From an uncultured Candidatus Peribacteria bacterium (lineage in GTDB: Bacteria; Patescibacteriota; Gracilibacteria; Peribacterales; Peribacteraceae), in the NCBI GenBank assembly GCA_964601225.1, contig CAZRMM010000004.1, forward strand, positions 12,972-76,971: a stretch of 64,000 nucleotides of DNA, read 5' to 3'. Each line of letters opens with the position of its first letter. Positions within the stretch are counted from its first letter, which is position 1. The notes beneath the pieces were generated by a model. The model saw only the letters and a list, made by a program, of their open reading frames with translations. It had not been told where the DNA came from and made no database searches. Shown piece after piece: positions 35,021 to 45,675 of this stretch. The position numbers and the translations under genes were made by a program.

Positions 35021-35500
35021 TTATTTTTGAATCACATACACGCACTGACTTTCCCCGAAGCGATCCAGTTCCGAAAACAATTGCATCCCGACCTTTTCCA
35101 AAAGTCTGCGAGAGGCGACGTTCTTTTTTTGCGTTTCCGCATAGAGCTCTTTCAGTCCAAAAACGTCAAATCCGTACGTGATGACTTGTTCGATGATTTC
35201 CGTCCCATATCCCCTTCCCCAGTAGGCAGGCTGAAGTTCATACGACACTTCATAATGTATTCCGTCATGGTATTTCCCAATGCAGACCAAGCCCATAAAC
35301 TCATGTGATTTTTTTTCCCGAACGACCCAATACGCTTCCGGCGGCACCGCGCCGACGATGGCTTGGAACTTTTGAGAAAACTGCTCTGGTTTCACGGGCC
35401 CGCCCAAGTGCCGTCGAACTTGCTCGTTGCTTTGCAGTTTCAAAACCTGATCGTAATCAGACGCCTTCGGTTTCGACAAGGTCGTTCGGGCAGTTTCCAT
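35021..35500 (-). CDS. GNAT-family N-acetyltransferase (RimJ/RimL-like)
   Basis: 'YELQPAYWGRGYGTEIIEQVITYGFDVFGLKELYAETQKKNVASRRLLEKVGM'. Confidence 0.8.
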   Translation of the reverse strand: METARTTLSKPKASDYDQVLKLQSNEQVRRHLGGPVKPEQFSQKFQAIVGAVPPEAYWVVREKKSHEFMGLVCIGKYHDGIHYEVSYELQPAYWGRGYGTEIIEQVITYGFDVFGLKELYAETQKKNVASRRLLEKVGMQLFSELDRFGESQCVYVIQK

Positions 35501-35581
35501 TCATCCCCATCGTAACTGAAATTGCGTTGATTGATTGAGCATTTCGCTCCGACTTGTACACTTCAGGGCGCTCGACAGATC

Positions 35582-36205
35582 ATGCTCAACACCATCTTCT
35601 TCGACCTCGACGGCGTGCTCACGACGGACCCCAAGGGCTCGTTCACCATGAGCAAGAACCTGACGGCGCTGAAGCCCGGACTGTCGCTCGATGGCGTGCT
35701 CGCGTCGTTCCGCAAAGACATCGACAAGATGAGCCACGGCGACGCGGATCTCTTCTCGATCCTCCGACGCGTCTGCGCGGAGTTCGATATCCCCGCCGAC
35801 GATCGCGTTCTCCGGAAGGTCATCGGCACGATGCCGCTCAACGACCCCATGTTCGAGCTCGCGCGGCGACTATCACACGAACACAAGGTGGGGATGATCA
35901 CCGATAACGCGCGCGACCGCATCCGCATCCTCGACGAGGATCACGGACTTGCCTCGCTTTTCGATCCTATCGTCGTCTCGTCGATCGAGAAGGCGTCGAA
36001 GAGCGACGGAACCACGAAGATTTTCGAGATCGCCCTGAAGCGCGCCGAGTGCGCGCCCGAGGAAAGCCTGTTCATCGATAACCAGAAGAAAAATCTCGTC
36101 GTCCCGGCCTCGATGGGCATGCATGTGCATTTCCATGACGACGCGAAGAACGACATGGACGAGCTAGTCGTAGCGTTGCGTCGGCTCGGTGCGATCACGG
36201 ACTAG
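35582..36205 (+). CDS. HAD-family hydrolase
   Basis: 'IFFDLDGVLTTD' (DxDGV), 'MITDNA', 'LFIDNQKKN'. The ATG at 35582 is preferred. Confidence 0.75.
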   Translation: MLNTIFFDLDGVLTTDPKGSFTMSKNLTALKPGLSLDGVLASFRKDIDKMSHGDADLFSILRRVCAEFDIPADDRVLRKVIGTMPLNDPMFELARRLSHEHKVGMITDNARDRIRILDEDHGLASLFDPIVVSSIEKASKSDGTTKIFEIALKRAECAPEESLFIDNQKKNLVVPASMGMHVHFHDDAKNDMDELVVALRRLGAITD

Positions 36206-37146
36206 AAATCCAACGATCCGAACACGGTATCGTTATTCGGAGCCCAGACGGGCAGAATGGCACCCACGACGGGACAGTCGCCGTTCACAAGATGCGGGAA
36301 GGTTGCCCCCTCGTTGCCCGTGAATGCTCCGTTGCCAAATGCGGGAATAACGCTGCGGTCGCCGCAGTCCCCCGCAATGTGCGTTCCCGTCGCGCCGGAG
36401 ACACGCGAGGAAGAGGCTCCCGATGTCGTCGCCTGATTTTGGCTCTCGCTCTTTCGACGGTAATCGTAGGACGGAAGGAAATCCGCCTTACCGTCACTGT
36501 GACATTGCGGATCATCCGCATCGACGGTGCCGTCCCCATCGTTGTCCTTACCGTCTCCGCACTCCGCTACCGCCGAAGACGACGACCCTCCGAGCGAAGA
36601 CGTTCCTGTCGTCGATCCTGCGGAACCGCTGAAAGTCAGGGAGGAGCTGTTGGAACCGCGGGAAAACGATGAGCCAGTAGCAAAGGCGCTTCCCGTGCGG
36701 AATGACGAGGAAGTGGTGCGTTCCGAGTCGCCCGATTTTTGCTGCGCGCGAAGATCCGTCATGCGGGCGATAAACGCGTCGTAACTGAAGGCCTCGTCCG
36801 AGGACGATCCTTCCGTAACAATCGCGGCGCGATCCTCACGACGCTGTTCCCGATAGTCATTTGTTACATTCCGTGCGTCGAACTCACGGGTCCGAACTGA
36901 TTTTTCCTGCGAAGAGGACGATGCTTGTTCCGTACCGTAATCACGGTCGGCGCGGCGCTCGTCCGCAAGAGTGTTTTGAAATTTCTGCTCATTGAACTCA
37001 CGCGACGCGGAACTGACCGAGAAGTTCGTGCTGTCTTCGCTGCCAGGAATTTCTTCATCCCTTTTCGAGCAGCCGACAAACAGCAGTCCGAGAAGCAATA
37101 GAGCTCCCAGAAGGGCAATACCGAAGGAAATCGGGGATTTTGCCAT
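36202..37146 (-). CDS. Ser/Thr-rich lipoprotein with a Cys-bounded Asp-rich motif
   Basis: Lipobox 'LLFVGCSK', long S/T/G low-complexity stretches, and 'ECGDGKDNDGDGTVDADDPQC'. Confidence 0.5.
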   Translation of the reverse strand: MAKSPISFGIALLGALLLLGLLFVGCSKRDEEIPGSEDSTNFSVSSASREFNEQKFQNTLADERRADRDYGTEQASSSSQEKSVRTREFDARNVTNDYREQRREDRAAIVTEGSSSDEAFSYDAFIARMTDLRAQQKSGDSERTTSSSFRTGSAFATGSSFSRGSNSSSLTFSGSAGSTTGTSSLGGSSSSAVAECGDGKDNDGDGTVDADDPQCHSDGKADFLPSYDYRRKSESQNQATTSGASSSRVSGATGTHIAGDCGDRSVIPAFGNGAFTGNEGATFPHLVNGDCPVVGAILPVWAPNNDTVFGSLDF

Positions 37147-37268
37147 GGGAGCCCATATTAAACATTTGTACTGTTTTGTCAAGTTCTTCGCATAGGCATT
37201 TCAAAGCGTGATTCGCCGGTGGGAGATTGATTAGCAGCCAACAGCACCGATTGCGATAGGGCGGCATC

Positions 37269-37296
37269 TTGACACCTCATTTTAGCACTCTAGAAT
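37269..37296 (+). promoter_or_regulatory. sigma-70-type promoter of groES-groEL (TTGACA-N16-TAGAAT)
   Basis: A perfect -35 at 37269..37274 and a -10 TAGAAT at 37291..37296, overlapping the CIRCE operator, 40 nt upstream of the groES ATG. Confidence 0.6.
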
Positions 37297-37308
37297 TCCG
37301 ACTGCTAA
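37282..37308 (+). promoter_or_regulatory. CIRCE operator (HrcA binding site)
   Basis: TTAGCACTC-N9-GACTGCTAA against the consensus TTAGCACTC-N9-GAGTGCTAA (1 mismatch), directly upstream of groES. Confidence 0.85.
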
Positions 37309-37335
37309 TTTACTTCCTTCTTCACTCAAGACCGT

Positions 37336-37680
37336 ATGGCCTCCGTTGACCCGAAATCGGTGAAGCTCGCCGTTAAAATTGAGCCACTCGGCGACCGCGT
37401 GGTCGTCATGCCCGTTCCAAAAGAGCAAACGACGAAATCCGGCATTGTCATTCCGGAAACCGCCTCCGGTGAAAAGCCCCAGGAGGGCGTTGTCCTCGCG
37501 CTTGGACGCGGCGGCGTCGGCAAGGACACGGCAAATCCGACTGAATTCTTGAAAGTCGGTGACCGCGTACTCTTCGGACGCTACGCCGGAGATGACGTCA
37601 AACTGAAAGACACCGATGGAAAAGACGTCGAAGTAAAAGTTCTTCACCTCGATTCCGTCCTCGGCAAGCTCGCAGCCTAA
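37336..37680 (+). CDS. groES: co-chaperonin GroES
   Basis: 'IEPLGDRVVVMPV..TKSGIVIPETA..KPQEGVVLALG'. Confidence 0.9.
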   Translation: MASVDPKSVKLAVKIEPLGDRVVVMPVPKEQTTKSGIVIPETASGEKPQEGVVLALGRGGVGKDTANPTEFLKVGDRVLFGRYAGDDVKLKDTDGKDVEVKVLHLDSVLGKLAA

Positions 37681-37712
37681 CCCCCTTTCGATCCCTTTCC
37701 CCATTTTGAACC

Positions 37713-39353
<1,641 letters not shown>

Positions 39354-39369
39354 AAAATAGGAAATGAAG

Positions 39370-39397
39370 AACCGCTCGGGAAACCGGGCGGTTTTTT
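39370..39397 (+). terminator. Rho-independent terminator after groEL
   Basis: A 10-bp stem AACCGCTCGG/CCGGGCGGTT with a GAAA loop, followed by T6. Confidence 0.75.
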
Positions 39398-39467
39398 CAT
39401 AGTGTAAAAAATATGTCATGTATACTTCCCATTGCGATCCTCGGATCGCAGAAAAGAGGTACCCGTT

Positions 39468-39635
39468 ATGCCTGACCGCGCACTGATCGCGTTCGGCTTC
39501 GCGGGGGTGCAGGTCGCTTCCGGTCTCATTCTGTGGGCCATCGATGGCCCGGACTGGAAGAAATTCTGCGCCGCGAAGGGCGCCACGGCTCTCGTCATGG
39601 CCGCCTTCGGAGCAGCCTGCTGGCTGTTCCAGTGA
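39468..39635 (+). CDS. small two-TM membrane protein (55 aa)
   Basis: 'MPDRALIAFGFAGVQVASGLILWAI...ATALVMAAFGAACWLFQ'. It has an AAGAGG-like RBS upstream and its own terminator downstream. Confidence 0.4.
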   Translation: MPDRALIAFGFAGVQVASGLILWAIDGPDWKKFCAAKGATALVMAAFGAACWLFQ

Positions 39636-39644
39636 TGTCTCCTC

Positions 39645-39675
39645 GGGCCGGCGCAGCGCGCCGGCCCACTTTTTT
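39645..39675 (+). terminator. Rho-independent terminator
   Basis: A perfect 10-bp stem GGGCCGGCGC/GCGCCGGCCC with loop AGC, then ACTTTTTT. It lies between convergent genes. Confidence 0.7.
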
Positions 39676-39678
39676 CCT

Positions 39679-40122
39679 TCACGACGCCAGCGTCTTCTTC
39701 GCGTCGCTCTTTCGCTTCCGCGAATCGATCATGCCGTGACTGTCGGCGTCCGGGATCGGTTGAAGGGCGGCCCGCACGAGCCGCACGATCTCCTGCATCT
39801 GGGCCTCGATCAAGTCGGGGCGAGCGATATTCGCCGACGTTCGCACGAATGTCGCGATGGCATCGATGCGCGTGATTACCGGGTACTTTTTCGAAAGGAT
39901 CTGCAGAACGCGAGGAAAGCAAGATTGGTCGTACCCGTGTCGCGCGAAAATCTCGGCAAGGTGGCGTTCGACCGACGGGAAATGCCGGAGCGCTTCCGCA
40001 AGATCGCGCCGGGCAGCCGCATTCTCCTCCGTCAGCAGCTGCAAGACGCCGGACGGATTGTTGAGGTAATCCGCCAAAAGTTTGCTCGCATCCGGTGGTT
40101 CCCTGGCAACGATTCGGTTCAT
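39679..40122 (-). CDS. hypothetical protein (147 aa)
   Basis: Protein-like composition. The overlapping plus-strand frame (39544..40275) is Arg-rich and was rejected. I recognised no motif. Confidence 0.45.
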   Translation of the reverse strand: MNRIVAREPPDASKLLADYLNNPSGVLQLLTEENAAARRDLAEALRHFPSVERHLAEIFARHGYDQSCFPRVLQILSKKYPVITRIDAIATFVRTSANIARPDLIEAQMQEIVRLVRAALQPIPDADSHGMIDSRKRKSDAKKTLAS

Positions 40123-40275
40123 GGGAACGTTTTAGCCGAGTTATCGCCGAGGATCGAGAACTTTTGGGCTCAAGGGAAACGATTCCGCTATTTCTTTGAG
40201 AAAATCACCGGCCAATCCTTGAATCGCCCGAAAAAACACTGTAGTACGATCCCCCTCTTCTTTCCGAGGGTCACC

Positions 40276-41352
40276 ATGAAAACCAACCGATTCCTTCCCC
40301 GGCTCGAACAACTCGGCGAGCGCATCGCGCCGAGCGTGACGCCTCTCTCAAAGCCCGAAACGGCGGTCGTGGCGGAGGTCCGCACGTCTGTCGAACAAAC
40401 GCTCATCGTCGACGCAGACGCTCACGCCGGTTCCGAGGAAACGGCGACTGAACGCGGAGAACACGCGGAAGCGATCGAAGGCCCCTCGTATACCGTCACC
40501 ATGGGGCAACGCGGCATGCTGCATTTGCAGTTCTCGCACCTTCCCGAGCACACGCGACTCGCTGTTCAAATGCCGACCGGCTCGTACACGGTGACGCTGC
40601 GCGGCGACGATTCCCTCGATCTTCCGATGACACCGGGACTACAGGCGACGCTTCTCATGGACGGGGAAAAATTGACGATGGATCTCTCGCCCGACGGCAA
40701 GCCTCACGACGTCGAGAAGGAGGTGGAGGAGATCAAGCGGCGGGACGAAGAATTGGAAGGACTCCACGGCGAGGCGGAGTTGGAGGAAAAAGAAGAGGAG
40801 GAGCGCGAGCGAGCCGCCGAGGAAGTGGCTCGCAGCCAGGAAGAGGCCGCGGAAGCGGCACGAGAGGCGGCGGAGCATCTGGAGCACCTTGCGCACGCCC
40901 ATCACCACCATCATCCGCACCACGAGCACAAGCACGAGCACCACGAGCACGAAGAAAGCCGCGAGGAGGAAGCGAGTCCCGCCGAATTGGAGCGCGAGAC
41001 TGACGAGCTCTTCGAGCTCTTCACCCACGGGCGATCGCATGGCAACGCCCGCGAGGCCGCTCAACGCTTCAAAAAGCAGGCAGAGCACGAAAGGCACGAA
41101 CTGGAGCATCGTCTGCGGCACGCCTACGAGCCCGTCGAGCGCGCGTACGTGCGCTACCTCCGCGAGCGGATCGAGCGCCTCGAGCGCGTGATTCACGACG
41201 CGGAGCATTACATCCAGGAACTCGAGCGTCACGAGGCGCCGGGACGACGCGGCGAGCCGCAACCGGAGCAACGCGATGAGGACGCCCCGGTCGCGCCCGT
41301 CGAGGTCGACTCGGGCGAGCCAGAGGAGTCGCTCGCGGCAACGGATGTCTGA
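40276..41352 (+). CDS. His/Glu-rich charged protein (358 aa) with N-terminal 'FLPRLEQLGERIAPS'
   Basis: ATG at 40276. The middle has 'HLEHLAHAHHHHHPHHEHKHEHHEHEE' flanked by E/R/K-rich helical segments. The first ~150 aa form a beta-like globular part. Confidence 0.55.
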   Translation: MKTNRFLPRLEQLGERIAPSVTPLSKPETAVVAEVRTSVEQTLIVDADAHAGSEETATERGEHAEAIEGPSYTVTMGQRGMLHLQFSHLPEHTRLAVQMPTGSYTVTLRGDDSLDLPMTPGLQATLLMDGEKLTMDLSPDGKPHDVEKEVEEIKRRDEELEGLHGEAELEEKEEEERERAAEEVARSQEEAAEAAREAAEHLEHLAHAHHHHHPHHEHKHEHHEHEESREEEASPAELERETDELFELFTHGRSHGNAREAAQRFKKQAEHERHELEHRLRHAYEPVERAYVRYLRERIERLERVIHDAEHYIQELERHEAPGRRGEPQPEQRDEDAPVAPVEVDSGEPEESLAATDV

Positions 41353-41392
41353 ACCGCTCGCCAGGACGGCCAGAGATCTTTAGACTCCGGTC

Positions 41393-41986
41393 ATGCCAGG
41401 ATTCTTCATCGTTCTCGACGGACCCGACGGCTCGGGAACGACCACTCAAGCGGAATTCCTCGCGGAGAAGCTTCGCGCCGAGGGTAAGGATGTCGTGCTC
41501 ACGGCCGAGCCGACAGACGGAGAGATTGGCAAGGGTATCCGCTACTGGCTCAAGAACAACACTCTGCCCCCGGATGCCTTACAGCTCCTCTTCACCGCGG
41601 ACCGGGCGGACCACGTGGCGCGCGTCATCGCGCCCGCTCTCAAGGCCGGAAAAATCGTCGTCTGCGACCGCTACGTTCCATCCACGCTGATCTACGGGGC
41701 CATGCAGGGAATCCCGATGTCGTGGCTCCAGGCTGCGAACGATCAGTTCCCCAAGCCCGATCTTCTCTTTTTCACGTTGCCCCCGCTCGAAGTTTCGCTC
41801 AAGCGCTTGCAAAAACGCCAGAACAAGGAGTTCTTCGAGACGGACGGCATTCAAACGCAGCTGCACAAGCTCTACGTCACATACGCCTCCACGATCAAGC
41901 CGGACACGATCGTCATCGACACCTCGGGCGAGAAACAGGCGACGGCGAAGATTGTGTACGACGCCGTCAAGGCGAAGATGGCCTGA
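41393..41986 (+). CDS. tmk: thymidylate kinase
   Basis: 'FIVLDGPDGSGTTTQ' P-loop, 'VCDRY..ST..YG'. Confidence 0.9.
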   Translation: MPGFFIVLDGPDGSGTTTQAEFLAEKLRAEGKDVVLTAEPTDGEIGKGIRYWLKNNTLPPDALQLLFTADRADHVARVIAPALKAGKIVVCDRYVPSTLIYGAMQGIPMSWLQAANDQFPKPDLLFFTLPPLEVSLKRLQKRQNKEFFETDGIQTQLHKLYVTYASTIKPDTIVIDTSGEKQATAKIVYDAVKAKMA

Positions 41987-42049
41987 GACGTTGTAACCCG
42001 GAGCATCTTCCTGCGTAGTAGAGGGAGTACACCGTTACCCTCCCCTTCT

Positions 42050-44701
42050 ATGTCGTTCCGCTTCCGCATGGGAGCCGCCGCGAGCGCGTTCGCGTTCGCT
42101 GCAACGTTGCTTCCTCTTCCTCGGCTCGTCTCGGCCGAGTCGTTCCGCGACGTCACGGGGTCCCCGTACGCCGAGGCCATCGCCTCGCTCCAATCCAAGG
42201 GCATCATCAAGGGATATCCCGACGGGACGTTCCGTCCGAACGCGCTCGTCAACCGGGCGGAGTTTCTGAAGATCATCCTCGAGGCCCGCGGCATGAAGAA
42301 CGGGATCACCCCGACCAACTGCTTCCCGGACGTCGGTAACGACGACTGGTTCGCGATCTACGTCTGCGCGGCCAAGCAGGAGGAGATCGTCGGAGGCTAT
42401 CCCGACGGCACCTTCAAGCCGGAGCAGGACATCGCCTTCACGGAGGCGTCGAAGATCCTTTCACTCGCCTACAAGCAGCAGATCCAACAGAACGGCAACG
42501 AATGGTACGAGGGCTATGTCCTCGCGATCGAAGGATCGAAAGCCATCCCCACGAGCGTGAACGCCCTCGATGCCAAGCTCACGCGCGGCGAGATGGCCGA
42601 AATGATGTGGCGGCTGAGCGAGGGCAGAACGGATCGGCCGACAAAGGGCTACCTCAATGTGAAGAACCCCTCCCTCACGATCAATACCGCCTCCGATGCC
42701 GTCCAGACGGCGACCTCGTGCACGGATCTCGCGGCCTTCGCCGCGCAGGCCCAAATTCTCAATCGCGGGATGGACATGTACTACGAGAAGTCCGGCGGCA
42801 TCCCCACGCCGATGGCCGCCCCGGCCGGCAACGCCGAGGCAGGGCTCCGCGACCAAACAATCATGCAATCCGGTGCGACCGACGATCACTCCACGACGAA
42901 CGTGCAGGTGGAAGGCGTGGACGAAGGCGACATCGTGAAAACGGACGGCAAGAACGTCTACGTTCTGAGCCAGAACGTAGTCCGGATCGTAAAGGTGAAT
43001 CCGGGAACGGCGTTGCAGAAGCTCTCCGAGATCGCCCTGAACCCCGAGCTCACGAAAACCACGAACGGCAGCGACGAATCCTGGAGCATGTCCGGCGGCT
43101 TCCAGCCGACCGACCTCTATGTCGACGGCGGCAGGCTCGTGGTGCTCGGCACCGAGTATCGTTCCGGTCCGTCTCCGCTCATGGAGAAGCGCGCCGCGAC
43201 GGACGCCCGCATGATCTGGCCGCCCTACTACGGATACAACCGCGTGACGGTGAAGATCTACGACGTTTCCGACGCGTCCAAGCCGACGCTCGTCCGCACG
43301 GTGGGCTTCGACGGCTCGGCCGTGACCTCGCGCAAGATCGGCGACAAGTTCTACCTCGTGCTCAATTCCCCGATGAACGGATTCTCAGGCGACGTCCGGA
43401 TCATGCAGGGAGCAACGGAATCGCAGCTCGTCCCGCAGATGAACGATTCGGCCCGCGGCGCCGCCGACATGGCCGTGGTCCCGTGCTCGCGCATCGCCGT
43501 CATGCCCCGCGTTCCCTCGCCGCAATACCTCATCGTCGCCGTCATCCCCGTCTCGGACGTGAAAGCCGAGGTGAAGACGGCCGTGACCCTGGGCGACGCG
43601 CAGAACGTCTACATGTCGACCGAGAACCTCTACGTCGCCTCGGTCGACTACCGCTACAACTGGATCCGTCCGGACATCGTGATGGAGGGCGGCGCGTCCG
43701 ACACGCCGTCGTACCCGACGGAGACCACGCGTCTGTACCGCTTCCGCGTCACGGGTTCCGGTATCGAATTCGAGAGGCAGGGCGGCGTGCCGGGCCATAT
43801 TCTCAACCAATTCTCCATGGACGAGAACGCGAAGGGCTTCCGCATCGCGACGACGACGAGCCCGAACTGGTCCGACGAGCATTCGAAGTCTCGTAACGCC
43901 CTCTACACGCTGACACGCGACTTCGTACCGCTCGGAAAAATCGAAGGCATCGCTCCCGGCGAGAGCATCTACTCCGCGCGTTTCATGGGTGACCGCGCCT
44001 ACCTCGTCACCTTCAAGCAGGTCGATCCGTTCTTCGTGATCGACACTGCGGATATGAAAAACCCGAAGATCCTCGGTCAGCTCAAGATTCCCGGCTACAG
44101 CAACTACCTGCATCCTATCGATGACACGCACGTCCTTGGTATCGGCAAGGACGTCGATGAATCCATCGACGCGGACAAAGTGCACAGCAGCGATGCCGTC
44201 TACTACACGGCGATCCAGGGCGTAAAACTCGCGGTGTTCGACGTCACCACCGTCTCGTCCCCGAAGGAAATGTGGAAGGAGGTCGTCGGCGACCGCGGCT
44301 CGGTGACGCCGGTGGAGCAGAATCACAAGGCCCTGCTCTACGAACCGTCACGCAATCTCCTCGTCCTCCCGATGCTCGTCACGAAGCGACTGTCTGGCAC
44401 GCCGAAGAGCGCCGACGGCAACCCCGTCTTCCAGGGCGCGTACGTCTACGACCTCTCCGTGAGCGGCGGGTTCAAACTCAAGGGTACGATCACGCACTAC
44501 GCCGACGACCAGGATTTCCTCAAGTCCGGCAGCTACTGGTACGGCGGCCCACGTGATGTCCAAAGGATCGTCCGCATCGGCGAATCGCTCGTCACGATCG
44601 GCGACAGCGAAATCCGCTCGACCGCCCTTTCCTCCATGAAGCAGGAAAGCGCTGTAACATTCGAAGTGCAGGACAATCCGAGTGGTCCGATCATGTATTG
44701 A
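42050..44701 (+). CDS. SLH-domain protein fused to a beta-propeller domain (883 aa)
   Basis: Signal peptide, then 2-3 SLH repeats ('FRDVTGSPYAEAIASLQSKGIIKGYPDGTFRPNALVNRAEFLKII', 'FPDVGNDDWFAIYV..'). 'TTNVQVEGVDEGDIVKTDGKNVYVLS', 'ARFMGDRAYLVTFKQVDPFFVID' and 'GYSNYLHPIDD' are typical of the Beta_propel family as I recall it. Confidence 0.8.
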   Translation: MSFRFRMGAAASAFAFAATLLPLPRLVSAESFRDVTGSPYAEAIASLQSKGIIKGYPDGTFRPNALVNRAEFLKIILEARGMKNGITPTNCFPDVGNDDWFAIYVCAAKQEEIVGGYPDGTFKPEQDIAFTEASKILSLAYKQQIQQNGNEWYEGYVLAIEGSKAIPTSVNALDAKLTRGEMAEMMWRLSEGRTDRPTKGYLNVKNPSLTINTASDAVQTATSCTDLAAFAAQAQILNRGMDMYYEKSGGIPTPMAAPAGNAEAGLRDQTIMQSGATDDHSTTNVQVEGVDEGDIVKTDGKNVYVLSQNVVRIVKVNPGTALQKLSEIALNPELTKTTNGSDESWSMSGGFQPTDLYVDGGRLVVLGTEYRSGPSPLMEKRAATDARMIWPPYYGYNRVTVKIYDVSDASKPTLVRTVGFDGSAVTSRKIGDKFYLVLNSPMNGFSGDVRIMQGATESQLVPQMNDSARGAADMAVVPCSRIAVMPRVPSPQYLIVAVIPVSDVKAEVKTAVTLGDAQNVYMSTENLYVASVDYRYNWIRPDIVMEGGASDTPSYPTETTRLYRFRVTGSGIEFERQGGVPGHILNQFSMDENAKGFRIATTTSPNWSDEHSKSRNALYTLTRDFVPLGKIEGIAPGESIYSARFMGDRAYLVTFKQVDPFFVIDTADMKNPKILGQLKIPGYSNYLHPIDDTHVLGIGKDVDESIDADKVHSSDAVYYTAIQGVKLAVFDVTTVSSPKEMWKEVVGDRGSVTPVEQNHKALLYEPSRNLLVLPMLVTKRLSGTPKSADGNPVFQGAYVYDLSVSGGFKLKGTITHYADDQDFLKSGSYWYGGPRDVQRIVRIGESLVTIGDSEIRSTALSSMKQESAVTFEVQDNPSGPIMY

Positions 44702-44724
44702 TTTGAAGCCGAAAGTCGGAAGAA

Positions 44725-44747
44725 GGCAGGGAATCCCCTGCCTTTTT
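44725..44747 (+). terminator. Rho-independent terminator
   Basis: A GGCAGGG-AATC-CCCTGCC hairpin followed by T5, 24 nt after the stop. Confidence 0.7.
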
Positions 44748-44799
44748 CGTCGATGAAGACAGGCGTGAGTTTTACGGCCGGCTCCGGTATCCTGCGTGC

Positions 44800-45666
44800 A
44801 TGACGGCAACACTCCTCAGCGGCAAGGACGTTTCCGCAGCGCTGCTCGATGCCCTCAAGATCAAGGTAAAAAAACTCGACCCCAAGCTCGTCGTGGTGCA
44901 GGTAGGAGACGATCCGGCGAGTTCAAGCTACATCAAGCAGAAAATGGCGAGCTGCGAACAAGTGGGAATGAGGCACGTGCATATCCATCTTTCGGAAAAG
45001 ACGACACGAGAAGAGCTTTTCGATCTCATTCACGAACTCAACGAGGACCCGGACGTCACGGGCTTCATCGTCCAATTGCCGCTGCCAAAACATCTTCAGG
45101 AATACGTGAACGACGTGATTGAAGCGATCCATCCGCTGAAAGATGTCGACGGGTTCGGTGCAAAAAATCTCGGTGAAGTCTTCCTTTCCGCTGAACGCGA
45201 AATGCTTCCCCCTGCGACGCCCTCCGGAGTCATCGCGATGCTCGAACACTACAAAATCGGCGTTTCCGGCAAGCACGTCGTGATCGTCGGAAAGAGCAAC
45301 ATCGTAGGAAAGCCCCTCGCCGTCATGCTTCTCAACCGAGCTGCGACAGTCAGCGTTTGCCACAGCAAGACACCGGACCTCGGCGGAATGACTCGGCAAG
45401 CAGACATACTCGTTGTCGCCGCCGGCAAAGCGAATCTCATCACGAATGACATGGTGAAAGCCGGCGCTGTCGTCATCGACGTTGGCATGAACCGCGTCGA
45501 CGGGAAGCTCCGAGGAGACGTCGATTTTGATACGGTGAAAGACATTGCCTCCGCCATCACTCCGGTGCCCGGAGGTGTGGGGCCCCTGACCGTCGCAAGT
45601 CTCTTAAGAAATTGCGTTCGAGCAAGAGAATTGCAGCTAAATCGGAAAATGGACATAAATAGGTAA
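44800..45666 (+). CDS. folD: bifunctional methylenetetrahydrofolate dehydrogenase/cyclohydrolase
   Basis: 'VVQVGDDPASSSYIKQK', 'GFIVQLPLP', 'VVIVGKSNIVGKPLA', 'TPVPGGVGPLTVA'. Confidence 0.9.
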   Translation: MTATLLSGKDVSAALLDALKIKVKKLDPKLVVVQVGDDPASSSYIKQKMASCEQVGMRHVHIHLSEKTTREELFDLIHELNEDPDVTGFIVQLPLPKHLQEYVNDVIEAIHPLKDVDGFGAKNLGEVFLSAEREMLPPATPSGVIAMLEHYKIGVSGKHVVIVGKSNIVGKPLAVMLLNRAATVSVCHSKTPDLGGMTRQADILVVAAGKANLITNDMVKAGAVVIDVGMNRVDGKLRGDVDFDTVKDIASAITPVPGGVGPLTVASLLRNCVRARELQLNRKMDINR

Positions 45667-45675
45667 TATGGCACA

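Noticed and set aside
39544-40275. The N-terminal 244 codons of the 602-aa ORF 39544..41352.
   Set aside because: This part is Arg-rich nonsense. It overlaps a terminator hairpin and the better-looking minus-strand gene 39679..40122. The internal ATG at 40276 gives a sensible start.
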